Positions 1 through 7,878 of a stretch of DNA of 31,269 nt are shown here, piece after piece. The translations under genes and the position numbers were made by a program. The DNA lies in contig JAZDJU010000042.1 in assembly GCA_043803685.1 (NCBI GenBank), positions 1 to 31,269 on the forward strand, in the 5' to 3' direction. This DNA is from Candidatus Omnitrophota bacterium. Its GTDB lineage: Bacteria; Omnitrophota; Omnitrophia; Omnitrophales; Aquincolibacteriaceae. The notes under the pieces were generated by a model. It saw only the letters and a program-made list of their open reading frames with translations, ran no database searches and had not been told where the DNA came from. Position 1 is the first letter of the stretch. Each line of letters opens with the position of its first letter.

Positions 1-27
1 TCAAAGGAGCTTTTTGAAGGAGGCATT

Positions 28-417
28 ATGTTGGTTTTCAGGAATGAGAAAGGTGTTCTTCTTTTAGAAGTCCTGTTCGCTTTTTTCCTGCTTTGCATTG
101 TCGTTGTCTCTTCTGGAGGACTTCTCATAAAAACAGCTCAATTGTCGGAGGACAACAAAGGACGACTCCTCGCCCTGCAGGCTGCGCAGTCCACACTTGA
201 GACGATCAAAGATACTCCCCTGACCTCACTTGGGACCATTAGCACAGCGACGTTGGTTCCATCGTTCCTTAAGGAAGGGGCCATCACGATCCAAACGAAT
301 CCGGCGACGATCACATCCAGCACCCAGATCGTCACCCTCACGGTCACAGTATCCTGGCGCGGAGCGATGAACCGGCCGCAGCAACTTCAGATCAGTACGA
401 TGAAAAGCCGGTTTTGA
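28..417 (+). CDS. Type IV minor pilin / pseudopilin, PilV-like (cassette 1)
   Basis: Class III signal KG|VLLLE with Glu at +5 and a hydrophobic helix; C-terminal 'VTLTVTVSW' typical of PilV/GspI; RBS AAGGAGG upstream. Confidence 0.8.
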   Translation: MLVFRNEKGVLLLEVLFAFFLLCIVVVSSGGLLIKTAQLSEDNKGRLLALQAAQSTLETIKDTPLTSLGTISTATLVPSFLKEGAITIQTNPATITSSTQIVTLTVTVSWRGAMNRPQQLQISTMKSRF

Positions 418-434
418 AGGAGAAGGGGAACACC

Positions 435-1097
435 ATGAGAAAGAGAATAGAAAGAAGCGGACAGAAAACGATCGCCGGTTTCACGCTGGCTGAAGTGATC
501 GTCGCTGTTTCGTTCTTCTCGCTCCTTTCCGTCGCCTTATTCGCGGTCCTCATGTCCGCCAACAATATTTTTCGAATGCAGGCACTCAACGCGAGCGCCA
601 ATCAAAGCGGCATGCAATTGATCCGCTCTATCGCCCGGGAGATTACTGAGAGCAGTCCGGCGGCAGACCAAAGCCATTTCATCCTGGCCGCAGCGGACGT
701 CGACGGCAACAACAGCGTTCAGTTCCAGGTTCCGGTGGATTGGGATAATGATGGCGACGTCGTACAAAGTTCGCTCACGCAGACCACCGAGTGGGGAGCC
801 TACCGGGTCGTCCGAGAACCTGAGCAGCAATCGTGGCTGAATGGTTGGGTACGATACCGCGTTGAGAACCAGCAACTCCTGCGAGAGGTCCTGGAAGCCA
901 TCAACGGCAACGTGCTTGCGACGGATATCCTGGTCGCGGGAGATGTCACGAACTTTCAGATCACTCAGGTCAGCACGAACCGTTACCGCGTCACTCTCAC
1001 GATCGAAAAAGCAGATACCGTGGGCCAAAAAGGCTCCACCCCCCGGGTGTACCAGACCATCTTTGGGGGAAATGTTCTGTTAAGGAATGGAGGATAA
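435..1097 (+). CDS. Type IV minor pilin, PilW-like (cassette 1)
   Basis: AG|FTLAEV prepilin motif; start moved from 414 to ATG 435 (AAGGGG RBS); 'PVDWDNDGD' acidic loop; 'VRYRVENQQLLR' PilW/GspJ-like. Confidence 0.8.
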   Translation: MRKRIERSGQKTIAGFTLAEVIVAVSFFSLLSVALFAVLMSANNIFRMQALNASANQSGMQLIRSIAREITESSPAADQSHFILAAADVDGNNSVQFQVPVDWDNDGDVVQSSLTQTTEWGAYRVVREPEQQSWLNGWVRYRVENQQLLREVLEAINGNVLATDILVAGDVTNFQITQVSTNRYRVTLTIEKADTVGQKGSTPRVYQTIFGGNVLLRNGG

Positions 1098-1103
1098 GCC
1101 ATC

Positions 1104-2636
1104 ATGAATAAGCTGCTATATCATGACGCTCCCCTGCTGAAAGATCAACGGGGCTTTGCTTTGATCAGCGTCTATTTGGTATCGATGGTGATCTTGATCG
1201 TTTCCATGGCCGCTTTCAGTTCCGTCCTGGCTGAGTCGCGGAACGTTGAGAGAGAAAGAACCCGGGCCCGGACCTACGCGGCAGCCGAAGCGGGATTGCA
1301 GACCGCTATGGCACAGATCGGACAGACCGCGACAGCCTACACAGGATTTATCAATACCACCTCGATCCCCACGACAGATTTTCAATCGGTAACAGGCACA
1401 GCTGTGGGATCCTTCTCCGTGGCCATCAGCTATCCCAACCAGGCGGACTGGGTCATCCTTACGACCACCGCGACCGTGGAGGGCGAAACGCGCGAGCTCG
1501 AGGGACGGGTCTTTCTTCAATCGAATCTTTCAAAATATCTGATGTACGCGAACACGACTAGCATCGGACTTGGGAACAATCTGGTCCTGGGAGCCAGTGA
1601 CGGCGTAAGCCCCCAAGGGGTCCCCGCGAACGCGAACGACCGGGCCGCCTTGTATTACACCAACAATCTGGATTTTTCAGGATCGAACATCAATATCTAC
1701 GGAGATACCCACGCGGAAAATTTTATCAGCGGGAGCAGTTCCAACACCATTCACGGTGACACCTACGTCGGCGGGTTCGCTCAAGACTCCCAGGGCCGGG
1801 TCACCAACGACGGCATCAACGGGACCCTGACCGTCACAGACGGGTTCAGCGATGACACGGATCGCGACGGGAACGGGACCATTAATTCCAGCGATTACGC
1901 GGACCGGCATGATCTCTTGACCGCCGCACAGCAAATGACCGCGTACAACCAGGACGCGCGAACAGAAGAAGTGATCGACCAGGTGGACCTTACTTTTTAT
2001 CAGAATAATAACTCAAGCGTCGTGGCCCAGCGCGGCTACGGGACAACAACGGCCGAGCGCTATTTTGTTTTCGAACCAGCGGCGGGCAACACCCAGACCA
2101 AAGTGATCGTCTACGGCACCCTGGCGCGGTTCAACGCGGATAATCGCACCTATAAAACCGATGAATTCACGTTACCGGCCAGCGCGGTGCTTTACAATAA
2201 TGGAAAAGCCCACGTCAAAGGGACCATTGCTGGGCGTGTTTCCGTGGTCGCTTCCGACGACATCTTCTTTGACGGAAATGTGAAATACGCCGACAATAGC
2301 TCTTATTGTTCTCCGCAACATTCCGCGGCTTTTTTGTCCCGGGATCTTGTCTATTTCCGTCCCGAGAGCCTCGAAGTAAGCGGGATCGTCTACGCGGATA
2401 AAAGCAGCTCCGGGTCTCTGGCGATCGACTCCGACTACAACATCAATGGCGTTTACAGGCCGCAGGACAAGGCCAACGGCCATTTTCGTCTTTTCGGGAA
2501 CCTGATCACAGACGGAACAGGCAACACCTCGAATTACACCAACGACCGTGCCTATGTTTATGACCCGAATCTGAAATATTACCGGCCACCAGGGCTCCCG
2601 ATCCGTCCGGAGCTTCGAACGGTCAGAGAAATATAA
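1104..2636 (+). CDS. Large PilX/GspK-like minor pilin with extended beta-rich C-terminal domain (cassette 1)
   Basis: RG|FALIS lacks Glu5 as in PilX/GspK; 'TYAAAEAGLQ' PilX N-terminal motif; GGAGG RBS; Asn/Thr/Gly-rich C-terminus. Confidence 0.75.
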   Translation: MNKLLYHDAPLLKDQRGFALISVYLVSMVILIVSMAAFSSVLAESRNVERERTRARTYAAAEAGLQTAMAQIGQTATAYTGFINTTSIPTTDFQSVTGTAVGSFSVAISYPNQADWVILTTTATVEGETRELEGRVFLQSNLSKYLMYANTTSIGLGNNLVLGASDGVSPQGVPANANDRAALYYTNNLDFSGSNINIYGDTHAENFISGSSSNTIHGDTYVGGFAQDSQGRVTNDGINGTLTVTDGFSDDTDRDGNGTINSSDYADRHDLLTAAQQMTAYNQDARTEEVIDQVDLTFYQNNNSSVVAQRGYGTTTAERYFVFEPAAGNTQTKVIVYGTLARFNADNRTYKTDEFTLPASAVLYNNGKAHVKGTIAGRVSVVASDDIFFDGNVKYADNSSYCSPQHSAAFLSRDLVYFRPESLEVSGIVYADKSSSGSLAIDSDYNINGVYRPQDKANGHFRLFGNLITDGTGNTSNYTNDRAYVYDPNLKYYRPPGLPIRPELRTVREI

Positions 2637-2651
2637 GGAGAAGGAACTTTT

Positions 2652-2942
2652 ATGGTAAAGATCACACCGGTCCATATCGTCGTCGCTGTACTCCTTGTAC
2701 TATTCTCACTGGCGATCGTCCATTGGGTCATCCTCCCCAAAGGCGGTCTTCCGGCACCCGCGGAATTTTCAGAGGAAACAGGGCAACTCGAAGAACTACC
2801 CGTATTGCCTCAAAATGAACTGTATAACTCGCCTGCCGCCTTGTCCGTCTTGAAAAATCCTCCGCCCTTTCAGGAATCCAAGGGACAGGATCTTCTCGAG
2901 CCCAAAGACCCGGTAGCAAGCAGCAGAAAAGCTGAGCTCTAA
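2652..2942 (+). CDS. Small membrane-anchored hypothetical protein
   Basis: AAGGAG RBS; single N-terminal hydrophobic helix followed by a Pro/Glu-rich tail. Confidence 0.6.
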   Translation: MVKITPVHIVVAVLLVLFSLAIVHWVILPKGGLPAPAEFSEETGQLEELPVLPQNELYNSPAALSVLKNPPPFQESKGQDLLEPKDPVASSRKAEL

Positions 2943-3003
2943 GCAGAGCGGAAAAGATTCTGATCGGTTTTGATACGGAAAATAAAGAACACGGAGGAGA
3001 ACG

Positions 3004-3417
3004 ATGCGGAAAAGGAACGGACTTCTTAACGAACGGACGGGATTCACATTCGCGGAACTCATGATCGCTCTGGTCGTGACAACCCTCGTGGTAGGCGGCT
3101 ATGTCGGCGCAAACCTCAAGGCCCAGCAAAATAGCGAAGCGATGCATGAACGGACTCTCGCGATCCAGGATGCGAACCAGGTCATTGAGCAGATGCGGAA
3201 TACTTCGAGGACGGGCACATTCCCAAACAATGTCGTCGCGGCCTATCCGAACGACGGCACGCTGACAGGATTCAGCGGCCTGACCGACGAAGAGGTCACC
3301 ATTTCTTACGCAAGCGCGACGGCCAACCCGTTGGATACGACGATCACAGTCACGTGGACATCCTATGCCGGACGTTCCGAAACCGAAACAGTACGGACTT
3401 ATATCACGCAAAGGTGA
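3004..3417 (+). CDS. Type IV minor pilin, PilV-like (cassette 2)
   Basis: TG|FTFAEL prepilin motif; GGAGGAG RBS; 'ITVTW' C-terminal strand as in 28..417. Confidence 0.8.
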   Translation: MRKRNGLLNERTGFTFAELMIALVVTTLVVGGYVGANLKAQQNSEAMHERTLAIQDANQVIEQMRNTSRTGTFPNNVVAAYPNDGTLTGFSGLTDEEVTISYASATANPLDTTITVTWTSYAGRSETETVRTYITQR

Positions 3418-3418
3418 C

Positions 3419-3994
3419 ATGATGAAACATACGCGGAACGGTTTTACACTTATCGAAATGATGATCGTAGTCGCCATTTCCTCGATCATTGTCTTTGGAG
3501 CGTTCACCCTTCTGAAGGTGAGCAACGAACAACTCCAGATCATTCATTCCAAAATGACCCTCGAAGGAAACCTTCGGGAGGCCTTGTTCAAAATGGCCCA
3601 GGAAATCAGGCAGACCGCCTATCACAAGATCGTGGACTTCGGGACCGGAAACTCCCTGAGCGGCACTACGATCAACTTCAGGGTCCCGGTTCCCGCGCCG
3701 GACGAATCGACCCTTGTGGATCAGAATTATTCCCCCTTGTGGGCATTCGACATCAATTACTCCCTGGACGCGGATACGCATCAGATCCTCCGGACCTCTG
3801 TCGATCCAGCTACGAACACAACCCAACAGGCCGTGCTTGCCAACAATGTTACGGCCCTTACATTCTCACGGCCCAGCACCAGTTCCGGACTTGTGACCAT
3901 CACCGCTTCAACGCAAGAGGAGCTCGCGAACGGGAGGTTGATCCCTGAAACGCCGCTCCTGATCAGCGTACAAGCAGAAACGAGGAACCCATGA
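3419..3994 (+). CDS. Type IV minor pilin, PilW-like (cassette 2)
   Basis: NG|FTLIEMM prepilin motif; start moved to ATG 3419 (or 3422), directly after the upstream stop; 'AQEIRQT' and 'VLANNV' PilW-like. Confidence 0.8.
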   Translation: MMKHTRNGFTLIEMMIVVAISSIIVFGAFTLLKVSNEQLQIIHSKMTLEGNLREALFKMAQEIRQTAYHKIVDFGTGNSLSGTTINFRVPVPAPDESTLVDQNYSPLWAFDINYSLDADTHQILRTSVDPATNTTQQAVLANNVTALTFSRPSTSSGLVTITASTQEELANGRLIPETPLLISVQAETRNP

Positions 3995-5241
3995 AAATCC
4001 AGAAAGCAGCAACTCACGAAAAAGGTTTTGTTCTGTTGGTCGTCTATATGATCGTGATCTTTGTCTCCATTTTTTCAGCCGTGTTGTTCGCACGGAACCA
4101 GGTGGAGATGCAAGCCACCGAACGATATCAGAACCGGGTCCTGGCCTTTAACGCCGGCGAAGCGAGCATTGATTTCGCCCTCAGAGAACTCTCGACGGAT
4201 GCGGCAAGACGGAGCGGAACGGCCACGACCCCCTATACCTCCTCGGAGGTTTCTCTGGGACAACACGCGTTCCGGTACACAATATCTCCTGTGACAGGTC
4301 ACTCCATGATACGCAGGATCGATGCCACGGGTTGCGCACCGAGTTGCGATAATAGCTCGCGGGCCTATCAGACATCGCTGATCACAGTCTTTGCCGAGAT
4401 CGAAACGCCCATACCCGCGGGCGCACTTTTTGAGTACGGGATCTATGCGACAAACTCCATCAACTTGTCCGGCAGCACTTTCGACAGTTACAATTCAAGC
4501 TTGGGAGCTTACGGCGGTTCGAATATCAGTGAAGACGGCGCGGTCGCCGGGGACACCACCGCTGCTGGCGGCATCGCGCTAAGCAGTACCACAGTACGGG
4601 GAGATGCCGCAGTCGACGAGAACGGCAATCCGAACACCGTGATCACCCAGACCAACTCCATCATTACCGGAACAACAGGAAATTTGCCGGCAGGTTGGAC
4701 CTTGGGAGCTCCCACGCCGATGGCGGAACTCCCGACGCCGCCCACCGAGGTCGATCTCAGCAACGTGACGAGTAGCAGAACGCTCAACGCAGGAACCTAC
4801 CACTGCAGTTCGATCGGCATTTCGGGAAGCAAGGGAAAGATCGTCACGAACGGAGCCGTGCAAATCTATGTCGACGGCGCCGTTTCCGTGACCGGGATAG
4901 GAACCACCGTCACGGATAACAAGCCCGGAAATCTGCACATCTACGTCACCGGCAGTTCCAATGTGATGTTGAGAGGGAATGGTTCTTTTTATGGTGGGAT
5001 TTATGCGCCGAATTCGGACGTTACGTTCCAGACCTCCAACTCCGGAAAAGGCGGGACTTTCTTCGGGGCAGTGGTCTCGAAAACTTTTTCGACATGGGGA
5101 GGCGGAGCCCCCGCGTTCCACTTCGATCTTGCCATGAAAGAGGATTACGTTCCGGACCCCAACCAGGTCGCCCGTGTCGGCATCACGACCTGGCAGGAAC
5201 TCAACAGCCTCGCTTGGGGGACAGGTCAGACAGTAACATAA
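3991..5241 (+). CDS. Large PilX/GspK-like minor pilin with beta-solenoid-like C-terminal domain (cassette 2)
   Basis: KG|FVLLV lacks Glu5; 'AFNAGEASI' PilX motif; ATGA overlap with upstream gene; 'FYGGIYAPNS' adhesin-like C-terminus. Confidence 0.75.
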   Translation: MKIQKAATHEKGFVLLVVYMIVIFVSIFSAVLFARNQVEMQATERYQNRVLAFNAGEASIDFALRELSTDAARRSGTATTPYTSSEVSLGQHAFRYTISPVTGHSMIRRIDATGCAPSCDNSSRAYQTSLITVFAEIETPIPAGALFEYGIYATNSINLSGSTFDSYNSSLGAYGGSNISEDGAVAGDTTAAGGIALSSTTVRGDAAVDENGNPNTVITQTNSIITGTTGNLPAGWTLGAPTPMAELPTPPTEVDLSNVTSSRTLNAGTYHCSSIGISGSKGKIVTNGAVQIYVDGAVSVTGIGTTVTDNKPGNLHIYVTGSSNVMLRGNGSFYGGIYAPNSDVTFQTSNSGKGGTFFGAVVSKTFSTWGGGAPAFHFDLAMKEDYVPDPNQVARVGITTWQELNSLAWGTGQTVT

Positions 5242-5273
5242 ACAGGCGTTAGCGTTTAGCGTAGAGCAGGGAT

Positions 5274-5316
5274 AGAAAAGGGGACAGGCATTCATTGACT
5301 GCCTGTCCCCTTTTCT
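5274..5316. terminator. Bidirectional intrinsic terminator / palindrome between convergent genes
   Basis: Perfect 17-bp inverted repeat AGAAAAGGGGACAGGCA / TGCCTGTCCCCTTTTCT with A/T tails on both sides. Confidence 0.8.
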
Positions 5317-5345
5317 CTGTCTTCCTATCCTCTATACCTTAAACG

Positions 5346-5840
5346 CTATCCCCTATCTTTTTCTTCCCACGAGCAGATTTTGGGGATCTGGAGAAAACCG
5401 CTGTACTGAAGAAAGGAAACACCGAGGTATCTTTTTCCGGTCGCGTTCTCGCGAAAACGAAAAACACCAGGCGCCAAGTCCCCGGACCTTGTGTATTTCT
5501 CTCCCGTCTTAACTTCTCCCGCAGGGATCGCGGGATCTCCCCCATGGTCCAGGCAAACCCTGTCCGAAAGCATCCCGGTCTGGGCCGCTTGATAGAATTT
5601 GTTGGCGGAATGATCTTTCGGGATATCCAGGATCTGTGCCGGAGGGGCGGAGCAGCCGGCGAGGAGGATACTCAGCCCAAGGCAGACTGTCATTGCGAGC
5701 GAAGCGAAGTCCGCCACAAAACGCTGGACGGATCCGTCCTTTGGCGGACAATCCCTTTTTAAAAAAAAGATTGCCGCAGTCTCCCCGCCCTGGGCGGGAC
5801 TCCTTCGCAATGACGGGTTTCGGCTAAAGGTCTTTACCAT
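5346..5840 (-). CDS. Putative lipoprotein; signal peptide interrupted in-frame by a palindromic element (alternative start ATG 5693)
   Basis: Lipobox LAGC; ATG 5840 overlaps the trpB2 stop; frame stays open through the 126-bp element. Confidence 0.65.
   Translation of the reverse strand: MVKTFSRNPSLRRSPAQGGETAAIFFLKRDCPPKDGSVQRFVADFASLAMTVCLGLSILLAGCSAPPAQILDIPKDHSANKFYQAAQTGMLSDRVCLDHGGDPAIPAGEVKTGEKYTRSGDLAPGVFRFRENATGKRYLGVSFLQYSGFLQIPKICSWEEKDRG
5689..5814. repeat. REP/RPE-like palindromic element with a nested 39-bp element (5710-5748)
   Basis: 10-bp terminal inverted repeats GTCATTGCGA / TCGCAATGAC; internal TCCGCC...GGCGGA unit with the perfect palindrome GGACGGATCCGTCC. Confidence 0.8.
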
Positions 5841-7225
5841 TTTCCAGTCTTTTGTGTGGAAGGTTTCGGGTGATGCTGGATCGTAGCGACCGCTTCCTGC
5901 AAAAGAGAATCCGGAAGCGAATATTCTTTGAGCTCTCCGTTCAGGAATTTGTCATAGCCGGACAGGTCCATGAGCCCGTGGCCGCTGTAGCAAAACAGGA
6001 TCGCTTTTTCCTTTCCTTCTTCGCGCGCTTTAATGGCTTCATCGATCGTGCAGGCGATCGCGTGACTTGTTTCCGGAGCGCAGATCGTCCCCTCCGTCCG
6101 GGCCCAAAGCATAGCAGCTTCGTAGCACTTGATCTGATCCATCGCCCGCGGCTCAAGAAGCCCTTCAACCGCCGCCTGGCTCACAAGCGGGGACATTCCG
6201 TGATAACGCAACCCTCCGGCGTGGATCGGCTCGGGAATAAAAGTGTGCCCGAGCGTGTGCATGGGAAGAAGCGGCGTCATTTTCGCGACATCTCCGTGAT
6301 CGTAGCTGAACGGCCCGCGCGTCAGGGTCGGGCACGCGGTCGGCTCCACAGGAATAATCTGGATCTTCGCGCCGTGGATCTTGTCGCAAACAAAGGGGAA
6401 TGACACGCCGGCGAAATTACTCCCGCCCCCCGCGCATCCGATCACAATATCCGGATGTTTTTCTCCAGCCAGAGCCAACTGCTTCTTCGCCTCCAGACCA
6501 ATGATCGTCTGGTGGAGCATCACATGATTGAGAACACTTCCAAGGCAATAGCGCGTCTTCCCGCTCGCATCCCCTACGGCTTCTTCGATCGCTTCGCTGA
6601 TCGCAATGCCGAGACTTCCCGGGGTCTTCGGATCTTTTTTCAGGATCTCACGGCCGGCGTGCGTTTCATGGCTCGGGCTCGCGACACAGTTCGCACCCCA
6701 AACCCGCATGAGACTTTTGCGGAACGGTTTCTGGTCAAAACTGATGCGAACCATGAAGACCTTGCACTCGAGGCCCAGTAGTTGCGAGGCAAATGCGATC
6801 GCACTTCCCCATTGGCCTGCGCCGGTCTCAGTCGTAAGTTTTTTAATCCCGAACTGTTTGTTGTACCAGGCCTGCGCGACCGCGGTGTTAGGCTTGTGAC
6901 TCCCGGCCGGGCTGACGCTTTCGTCCTTGTAATAGATGCGAGCGGGTGTTTTCAGATATTTTTCAAGATAGACCGCGCGCCGGAGAGGCGCGGGACGCCA
7001 ACGATAAAGCATTTCCAGGATCTCTTCCGGGATATCGATCCAGCGCTCGGTGCTCACTTCCTGCTCGATCAGATTCATGGGGAACACTTTTTCAAGCATG
7101 TCCGGAGAGATGGGTACACCGTCCGGCCCAAGGGGCGGCTGCATCGGCGTCGGCAGGTCCGCGGCCAGGTTGTACCACTGTTTTGGCATATCCTTTTCAG
7201 TCAGCGTGATCTTGATATTTTTCAC
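5834..7225 (-). CDS. trpB2: TrpB2-type tryptophan synthase beta-like PLP enzyme
   Basis: GSHKPNTA PLP lysine, TETGAGQWG, GGGSN, HAGGLRYHG, SGHG motifs; start moved to GTG 7225 with GAGGGG RBS; no trpA adjacent. Confidence 0.92.
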   Translation of the reverse strand: MKNIKITLTEKDMPKQWYNLAADLPTPMQPPLGPDGVPISPDMLEKVFPMNLIEQEVSTERWIDIPEEILEMLYRWRPAPLRRAVYLEKYLKTPARIYYKDESVSPAGSHKPNTAVAQAWYNKQFGIKKLTTETGAGQWGSAIAFASQLLGLECKVFMVRISFDQKPFRKSLMRVWGANCVASPSHETHAGREILKKDPKTPGSLGIAISEAIEEAVGDASGKTRYCLGSVLNHVMLHQTIIGLEAKKQLALAGEKHPDIVIGCAGGGSNFAGVSFPFVCDKIHGAKIQIIPVEPTACPTLTRGPFSYDHGDVAKMTPLLPMHTLGHTFIPEPIHAGGLRYHGMSPLVSQAAVEGLLEPRAMDQIKCYEAAMLWARTEGTICAPETSHAIACTIDEAIKAREEGKEKAILFCYSGHGLMDLSGYDKFLNGELKEYSLPDSLLQEAVATIQHHPKPSTQKTGKW

Positions 7226-7344
7226 TTTGAGCCCCTCAGGAGTTATCGAAAATAACCGGCAGCGCTCGGCCGGACAAATGAACAAGTCAGAGATAGTTTA
7301 TCCATTTCCCGGAAATAATCATGGATTTTTTATCTGGGAAACCG

Positions 7345-7810
7345 GAAAGCAAACGATGAGGCGTCGCCACAACAAACGCATCTCATTCTGCTTTCGAGTG
7401 CTTCTTTTAGAGAAGGCTTCGGGCTTGAGCCTCGTCAGCACTCGGGAATCCCCGGCGTGAATTCCCTCGTTCGCCCTCCAGTCCTCGCTCCTTCTCTTTG
7501 AGAAGTCCTTGCCCGCTCGTCCTTCTATCCCCGTCTTTCATTCTTTTCCTTAATGGTGACAAGGATTGCCCCAATTTCATTTTCAATGAAATTGATAGGT
7601 ATTGGGACTAGCGTGCCTCGTCTCAACCCTTCGCCTTCTCTAAGAAACGGAGACGGAAAGTGGTGTTGAGCCACGCTAAGGAGGCCGAGAGCCAGGGTTT
7701 CTCATCGAGGCCGACGCTCGCGAGTGAAGTCATGCCTCGGTGGGGCATGACAAACATTGGCGAAACACATTTTCCGACGGAGTCCTTGATCAAAGAAAAA
7801 ATGGCCGTCG
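7345..7810. other. Highly structured non-coding region (candidate ncRNA(s) or MITE-like elements)
   Basis: Long-range pairing TTAGAGAAGGC / GCCTTCTCTAA (about 7407-7643); second long stem 7655-7775; hairpins at 7345-7395, 7572-7594, 7729-7751 and 7775-7810; no credible ORF. Confidence 0.55.
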
Positions 7811-7842
7811 AGAGTAGGATGCGCTACGCGGCATAAAAAGGT

Positions 7843-7871
7843 TTGTCGAGGGCGCGGATTCTTCCTATAAT
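7843..7871 (+). promoter_or_regulatory. Sigma70-type promoter, probably giving a leaderless cyclase mRNA
   Basis: TTGTCG-N17-TATAAT, then 7 nt to ATG 7879 with no Shine-Dalgarno. Confidence 0.6.
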
Positions 7872-7878
7872 CCTCCCC

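Noticed and set aside
7318..7382. Possible trp attenuator leader peptide on the minus strand (MRLLWRRLIVCFPVSQIKNP)
   Set aside because: Only one Trp codon, no RBS and no downstream terminator hairpin before trpB2
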